Assembly: GCA_002315435.1 (NCBI GenBank)
Contig: DCFW01000005.1
Span: 50,347 to 114,346 of the forward strand
Direction: 5' to 3'
DNA from: Bacteroidales bacterium UBA1794
GTDB lineage: Bacteria; Bacteroidota; Bacteroidia; Bacteroidales; Bacteroidaceae
Length of the DNA stretch: 64,000 nucleotides
Of this stretch, positions 58,950 to 64,000 are shown piece by piece. Position 1 is the first letter of the stretch, and each line of letters begins with the position of its first letter. Both the position numbers and the translations under genes were made by a program. The notes below the pieces were generated by a model that ran no database searches, was not told where the DNA came from, and saw only the letters and a list, made by a program, of their open reading frames with translations.

Positions 58950-60779
58950 ATGAAATTGATTAATATAAGAAAATCGTTATTGAGTCTTTCAATAATACTT
59001 TCATTCATAGCCATGACCGGTTGCAATGATCAATGGGATGATCATGTTGAGGTCAAGACATCCACTCTATCCGGCACAATTATGGATGCGATTGCGAAAG
59101 ATTCCAATTTGAGCACATTTGCAAGTATGCTGAAAACTACGGGATATGATTATGTGTTGCGCTCAGGTAGTGAATTCACTGTTTTTGCTCCTAACAACGA
59201 TGCATTGTCAAGTTATGTTACAGCAGGTGATAGCATTAAAAAGTTGATTGTGAAGAATCATATCACTTTCCTTAAACACAATGCATCTCAATTGGCCGAT
59301 TTAAAAACATTACGTTCTGTTAATGGAAAGAATTTGACAATAAGTAGTTTGACTTTTCCTGAGACTGATGTGGAATCGCTGTGTTCTAATGGAATTCTTC
59401 GCACTGTTACGGATGTTGTAATGCCCAAACAAAACATATTGGAATATTTAACCAATACCGTTGGTAAAGGCAAATATGAGCAAGTTGACTGGTTGTTGAA
59501 TGCAACCGATTCCGTAGCAGACTTGGCAAATAGTATCCAAACGGGAGTAAATAGCAGCGGACAACCGGTCTATGACACATTGAAGGTTGCTTATAACCGT
59601 TTCTTGAATAAGGTGAGTTACAGTAATGAAGATTCTACCTATACATTTGCTTTATTGCCCAATGTGGTTTTTGATGTACTGAAAGTGAAATATGCAAAAT
59701 ACATGAAGCCGGCTCCGGATAATGTAAGTTTGAAGTGGCAACAAACCTTGACGGATGCAGCTATAGCTCGTCAGAGTGTTATGGCTGACTCTATTGCAAC
59801 GGATGAACTTATTACTGATCTTACATTTCACACCGGTTCTCTTCTTTCAGGGAAGCAGACTAATGTCAATGGGGTAAACGTTGATTTGAATGCTTTGGGA
59901 ACCACAACGATCCTTTCAAATGGTAGCGTGCAAATTGTAACGGACGCAGGCATCATCTTAAAAAACAACAAGATAAAACCAATAGTTATTCAGGGAGAAG
60001 AATTTGATTCTGCTTTGGATCCTTCTTGTGTGATAACTCGTATTCGTAGCTATGCAAGTGGTGGAAAGGACGTTTATCTAGCCAGTGAATTATACCAAAC
60101 TCGCGATTCATTAGATGCTAACGGAGTGAAGACCGGTACCACAATCTCATATCTTTTCAATAAAAGTGCTACTAATACTGAAACAACGAGAGTGAATACG
60201 TGGATTCAGTATTTGACAAAGCTCTATACCTGTGATTATAAAATGTATTGGAAATCTTATGATGACTTTTCAGACCATGTTCATAAAACAGCTACGAATG
60301 GTGCAACCTATGATCCTAGTTATGATCCCACGAACCCTACGAAAATTTGTCCATCTACAATGAATGTGGGGATGAAGTTGTATGCATCGTTTAGCGGATA
60401 TCCTAATTTGGTCCGTAGTTCTTCTACGCCTGAAGGTTTAATATTAAATAATTGGGCTGATACAGGGCTGAAAACAGGCTCGGATAGTTATTATGCATTT
60501 GCATCTACCAATAATGCAGGATGTAATCGTGAGCAACAATTATACTTATATCGATTGAATGTGACTTGGAGTACAAAGACATTAGCATGGGGAACAGATC
60601 CTGGCTCAGTCAATACTTCGGGTGCTGTAAGTAGAGATAATCAACTATTGTCTGTGGCTACTTATGGGCAAACTCATTTTTGGGTTACTAACTCCTACTT
60701 TACAACTTCAACGTCTAGTACGAGGAATGGATGGATCTTCCTTGATTATATTCGGTTAGAACCTCAAATAAATGAATAA
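58950..60779 (+). CDS. FAS1 (fasciclin) domain lipoprotein with a non-FAS1 C-terminal region, 609 aa
   Basis: Lipobox IAMTGC. FAS1 H1-type motif FTVFAPNNDAL. The C-terminal region ends NGWIFLDYIRLEPQINE. Confidence 0.65.
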   Translation: MKLINIRKSLLSLSIILSFIAMTGCNDQWDDHVEVKTSTLSGTIMDAIAKDSNLSTFASMLKTTGYDYVLRSGSEFTVFAPNNDALSSYVTAGDSIKKLIVKNHITFLKHNASQLADLKTLRSVNGKNLTISSLTFPETDVESLCSNGILRTVTDVVMPKQNILEYLTNTVGKGKYEQVDWLLNATDSVADLANSIQTGVNSSGQPVYDTLKVAYNRFLNKVSYSNEDSTYTFALLPNVVFDVLKVKYAKYMKPAPDNVSLKWQQTLTDAAIARQSVMADSIATDELITDLTFHTGSLLSGKQTNVNGVNVDLNALGTTTILSNGSVQIVTDAGIILKNNKIKPIVIQGEEFDSALDPSCVITRIRSYASGGKDVYLASELYQTRDSLDANGVKTGTTISYLFNKSATNTETTRVNTWIQYLTKLYTCDYKMYWKSYDDFSDHVHKTATNGATYDPSYDPTNPTKICPSTMNVGMKLYASFSGYPNLVRSSSTPEGLILNNWADTGLKTGSDSYYAFASTNNAGCNREQQLYLYRLNVTWSTKTLAWGTDPGSVNTSGAVSRDNQLLSVATYGQTHFWVTNSYFTTSTSSTRNGWIFLDYIRLEPQINE

Positions 60780-60815
60780 AGAAGTTCAAATATTAATTAT
60801 AAAAATCGATCAATA

Positions 60816-63800
60816 ATGAAAAGATTAAAATATATAATGTTGCTCTTTCTATTGGCATGTGTAGGCTCTGTAAATGCACAAAGCAAATCACAAGCGCATG
60901 AACTGGAAAAAGTAGAACTGAAGGGGACGGTGGTAGATGCTAGCACCGGAAAGCCTTTGCCTGGTATCAGTGTATCCTTGCCTAAAGTGACGGCCGCAAT
61001 GACGAATGCTAAGGGAGAGTTCAAAATAAAGTTACCTTCATATAATGAAGAGTTGAATGTAAGCGGACCTATGCGTGAAACGCAAAAAGTGTTGGTCAAA
61101 GGAAAGTCTGAAATAAAAATAAGAATGTATGAAGATGGTTATGCCAATTCTTCATACAAAGATGTGCTCACTCCATTAGGAGATATGAATAATACACGAA
61201 TTACTTCGTCAATGACTTATTTGGATACAGATAACAGTACCAATACAGCTTATACGCCCGAGCAGTTCTTGCAAGGTACCGTAGCCGGATTAGAAACTCA
61301 TATGCGTTCAGGGCAAGATGGAACGGGTGCAAATCTTTATTTGCATGGCGTGAATTCTATTTATGCAGGCAATCAACCCTTACTTGTTGTTGATGGAATG
61401 GTCATTGAAAATCAGGCATTTGGTACGTCCCTTATAGAAGGATATATTTCTACACCGATGGGTGCAATAGATGTACATGATATTCAACGTCTTACCGTAT
61501 TAAAGGATGCGACTGCTCTTTATGGAACTAAAGGTGCAAATGGAGCTATTATCATTGAAACCATAAGAGCCAAGGAAATGTCTACTCAAATATCAGCCCA
61601 TATTCAATATGGAATGAATCTGACTCCTAATAAGATCCCCTTGCTTAATCCTGATGAAGCAAAAAGTTATTTAATTGATTTATATCAGAGTCAGGGACTG
61701 TCAGCTTCAACTATTCAAAATATGGCCTTGTTTAATACAACTCTTCCTACAGAAGACAAGTGGGGCAGATGGAGTGGAAATACAGATTTTTATCGTTATA
61801 ACAAATCAACTGACTGGCAAAATAAGCTTTTCCAGAATAGTATGAAGAGCCAATATGGATTGAATGTACGAGGTGGTGATGAAGTCGCTCTATATGCTCT
61901 GTCTTTGGGATTTATCAATAACGATGGATTGATAGATGGTACTTCTTTCAATCGCTTCAATGCGAGAATTAATACGGATGTTACTTTTTCTCAACGTATG
62001 AGATTGCATGCCAACATGAGCTTCTTGTATGGACAGAAAAAAATGAGAGATGAAGCAAATACTTCAGTAACTAATCCATTATATTCATCTTTGATTAAGG
62101 CACCGTTTATGACTTCCAATATTTATGATGAGGCAAACCTTCCTTCTCCTAATCTTGAGAGTGCGGATATATTCGGTTTCTCAAATCCGGCAACAATAAG
62201 CCAAAATGTGAATGAGAAGAACTCTAATTATAGATTTTTTGGGAATGCAGAAGTAGAATACGATCTTTCCAAATATTTGAAGTTGTCAACAAACATTGGT
62301 TTGGATTACAACAAAGAACGGGAATTAATATTCTATCCAAGTACAGGCATTAAATATGAAAATCTTTCAAATTCAGCAGTAACCAATTCGGCACGTAGTC
62401 GTGTAGAACGCCTTTTTTCATTATTTAGTGAAACACGCCTGAAATACAATCATGACTTTGATCGTAACCATCAGTTAAATGCTTTATTGGGTTTCCGTTA
62501 TATGACAACACATTCTGAAGAAGATTGGGGAAAATCATATAATAGCGCCAGTGATAAATTGACCACACTTAGCAATGGCGATAATATGCTTCGTCAGACA
62601 GGTGGAAATCTCGGCGATTGGAAGTGGATGGCTATATTGGGAAATGTCAATTATTCACTATATAATAGATATTTCTTTACAGCAACAGCTTCATTTGATG
62701 CTTCTTCACGTTATGGCACATCAGCAAATAAATTTCAGCCTTTTCCATCCTTGCAAGCAGCATGGTTAATTTCTTCAGAGAAATTTATGCAAAAGATTGA
62801 TTGGATAAATCTTTTAAAATTACGAGTTGGATATACCTATAGCGGAAATGATGACTTAGGCAATTATGCCGGTCGCCGCTATTACACATCTATAAATTAT
62901 TATGGTAATTATGGATTGGTTCGTGGAAATTTGGTTGACGAGGACTTGAAGCCCGAGTTGAGTAAGAAGTTCAATGTCGGATTGGATTTGTCTATGTTTA
63001 ATGATCGTCTAGCTTTGACCTTAGACTATTATCGGAACAACATTGATCATATGATTACTTATGGTACACCACCAACAATATCGGGCTTTTCTACTTATGT
63101 AACCAATGGCGGATCAATGCGAAATACCGGATTAGATGTAGCTTTGAAAGCTCGTTTGATAAACAAAGCTTTAAAATGGGATTTAGGAATTAATGCTACG
63201 TTTAATAAAAATAAGGTTACAAAGCTGAACGATGGCAATTACACAACAACAGCTTACGGAGGCACTATCCGTACGGCAGTAGGAGCCCCGATGGGACAGT
63301 TCTATGGATATAAAACCAAAGGAATTTATGCCACAACGGCTGATGCAACATCTGCTGGACTAAATACCTTGATCGGTACGGTCGTAACTCCATTTCAAGC
63401 AGGGGATGTCCGTTTTGTAAACAAAAGCGGAGATTCGGCAGGAATGATTGACGAGAATGATATGACCGTGATTGGTGACCCTAATCCGGATGTGTTTGGA
63501 GGAATCACTTCGTCAATTACATGGAAGCGTTTTACATTCAATGCTCTTTTTACCTATTCATTGGGTAATGATATATACAATTATACTCGTTGTGTATTGG
63601 AGAGTGAGTCAGGATACCAGAATCAGACCAAAGCTGTAAGAAATAGATGGAGTGTTGAAGGACAGAACACATCTATGCCAAAAGCTGAATATGGTGACCC
63701 GCGTGGCAATTCACGTTTTAGTGATCGTTGGATTGAAGACGGCTCTTATTTGAAGTTGAAAAACATTAGTTTGTCTTATGACGTGCCTATCAAGGAAGGA

Positions 63801-63974
63801 TTAATTACCGGACTGACTATTTACGGTGCTGCTGAAAATCTTTTCACAATTACCAAATATAAAGGCTATGATCCGGAAATAGCAACCTCTCTTAATCCAT
63901 TGACTCGTGGGATAGACTCATTTATTACACCCACTGTTGCTACATTCTATGTTGGCGTAAAGATTGGATTATAA
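60816..63974 (+). CDS. SusC/RagA-family TonB-dependent outer-membrane transporter (intact, 1052 aa)
   Basis: Signal peptide, a CarbopepD_reg-like segment (LKGTVVDASTGKPLPGISVSL) and plug motifs (LYLHGVNSIYAGNQPLLVVDGMVI; LTVLKDATALYGTKGANGAIIIETIR). The SusC barrel signature is NVNYSLYNRYFFTATASFDASSRYG. An ATG at 63996 probably starts the partner SusD gene, but only 5 nt are visible. Confidence 0.9.
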   Translation: MKRLKYIMLLFLLACVGSVNAQSKSQAHELEKVELKGTVVDASTGKPLPGISVSLPKVTAAMTNAKGEFKIKLPSYNEELNVSGPMRETQKVLVKGKSEIKIRMYEDGYANSSYKDVLTPLGDMNNTRITSSMTYLDTDNSTNTAYTPEQFLQGTVAGLETHMRSGQDGTGANLYLHGVNSIYAGNQPLLVVDGMVIENQAFGTSLIEGYISTPMGAIDVHDIQRLTVLKDATALYGTKGANGAIIIETIRAKEMSTQISAHIQYGMNLTPNKIPLLNPDEAKSYLIDLYQSQGLSASTIQNMALFNTTLPTEDKWGRWSGNTDFYRYNKSTDWQNKLFQNSMKSQYGLNVRGGDEVALYALSLGFINNDGLIDGTSFNRFNARINTDVTFSQRMRLHANMSFLYGQKKMRDEANTSVTNPLYSSLIKAPFMTSNIYDEANLPSPNLESADIFGFSNPATISQNVNEKNSNYRFFGNAEVEYDLSKYLKLSTNIGLDYNKERELIFYPSTGIKYENLSNSAVTNSARSRVERLFSLFSETRLKYNHDFDRNHQLNALLGFRYMTTHSEEDWGKSYNSASDKLTTLSNGDNMLRQTGGNLGDWKWMAILGNVNYSLYNRYFFTATASFDASSRYGTSANKFQPFPSLQAAWLISSEKFMQKIDWINLLKLRVGYTYSGNDDLGNYAGRRYYTSINYYGNYGLVRGNLVDEDLKPELSKKFNVGLDLSMFNDRLALTLDYYRNNIDHMITYGTPPTISGFSTYVTNGGSMRNTGLDVALKARLINKALKWDLGINATFNKNKVTKLNDGNYTTTAYGGTIRTAVGAPMGQFYGYKTKGIYATTADATSAGLNTLIGTVVTPFQAGDVRFVNKSGDSAGMIDENDMTVIGDPNPDVFGGITSSITWKRFTFNALFTYSLGNDIYNYTRCVLESESGYQNQTKAVRNRWSVEGQNTSMPKAEYGDPRGNSRFSDRWIEDGSYLKLKNISLSYDVPIKEGLITGLTIYGAAENLFTITKYKGYDPEIATSLNPLTRGIDSFITPTVATFYVGVKIGL

Positions 63975-64000
63975 TAATAAATAATTGATTAAGATATGAA

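Overview
AT-rich chromosomal segment, GC content not computed. It reads as Bacteroidales (Bacteroides/Phocaeicola-like): SusC/SusD genes, DUF4254/DUF4252/DUF3109-type families, and many TAnnTTTG (-7 box) promoter-like motifs 25-70 nt upstream of start codons. I support 48 protein-coding genes (one frameshifted), two tandem tRNA-Val(TAC) genes, about a dozen intrinsic terminators and several repeats. I saw no rRNA, CRISPR array, transposase, integrase or phage genes. Positions 1-47.5 kb are core housekeeping. They hold an LPS-core cluster (LPS kinase, GT4, DUF4254, GT9, LpxL-like) interrupted by pdxB, then rnhA, aroK, a heterodimeric ABC exporter, speA-argB, an ECF sigma module and rimP-nusA-infB. 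After that come sufBCDS, rnhB, corA, gpmI, tig-clpP-clpX-recQ, guaB, PPIase/SurA/OstA-like genes, mutL, trpS and an acetyltransferase. Positions 47.6-64 kb look more accessory. They hold the tRNA-Val pair, a tiny Lys/Cys-rich secreted protein, an AraC regulator and a SusC/SusD locus built around three multi-FAS1 lipoproteins, with one SusC frameshifted at an A-run. I did not find a recognisable defence, toxin-antitoxin, secretion or mobile system and do not claim one. The items most worth follow-up are listed here. (1) The enzyme-less FAS1-rich, AraC-linked Sus-like locus and its triple direct repeat in the control region. (2) A roughly 120-nt intergenic element present twice (27.5 kb and 45.6 kb), made of 19-26-nt AAACTTAAGTTT-containing modules in both orientations. 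(3) A cluster of long hairpins at 313-418 with G-U compensation and an alternative pairing. (4) The Lys/Cys-rich secreted micro-protein. (5) A tRNA-Val copy with C at position 33. All functional calls rest on motif-level reading of the translations; no database search was run.
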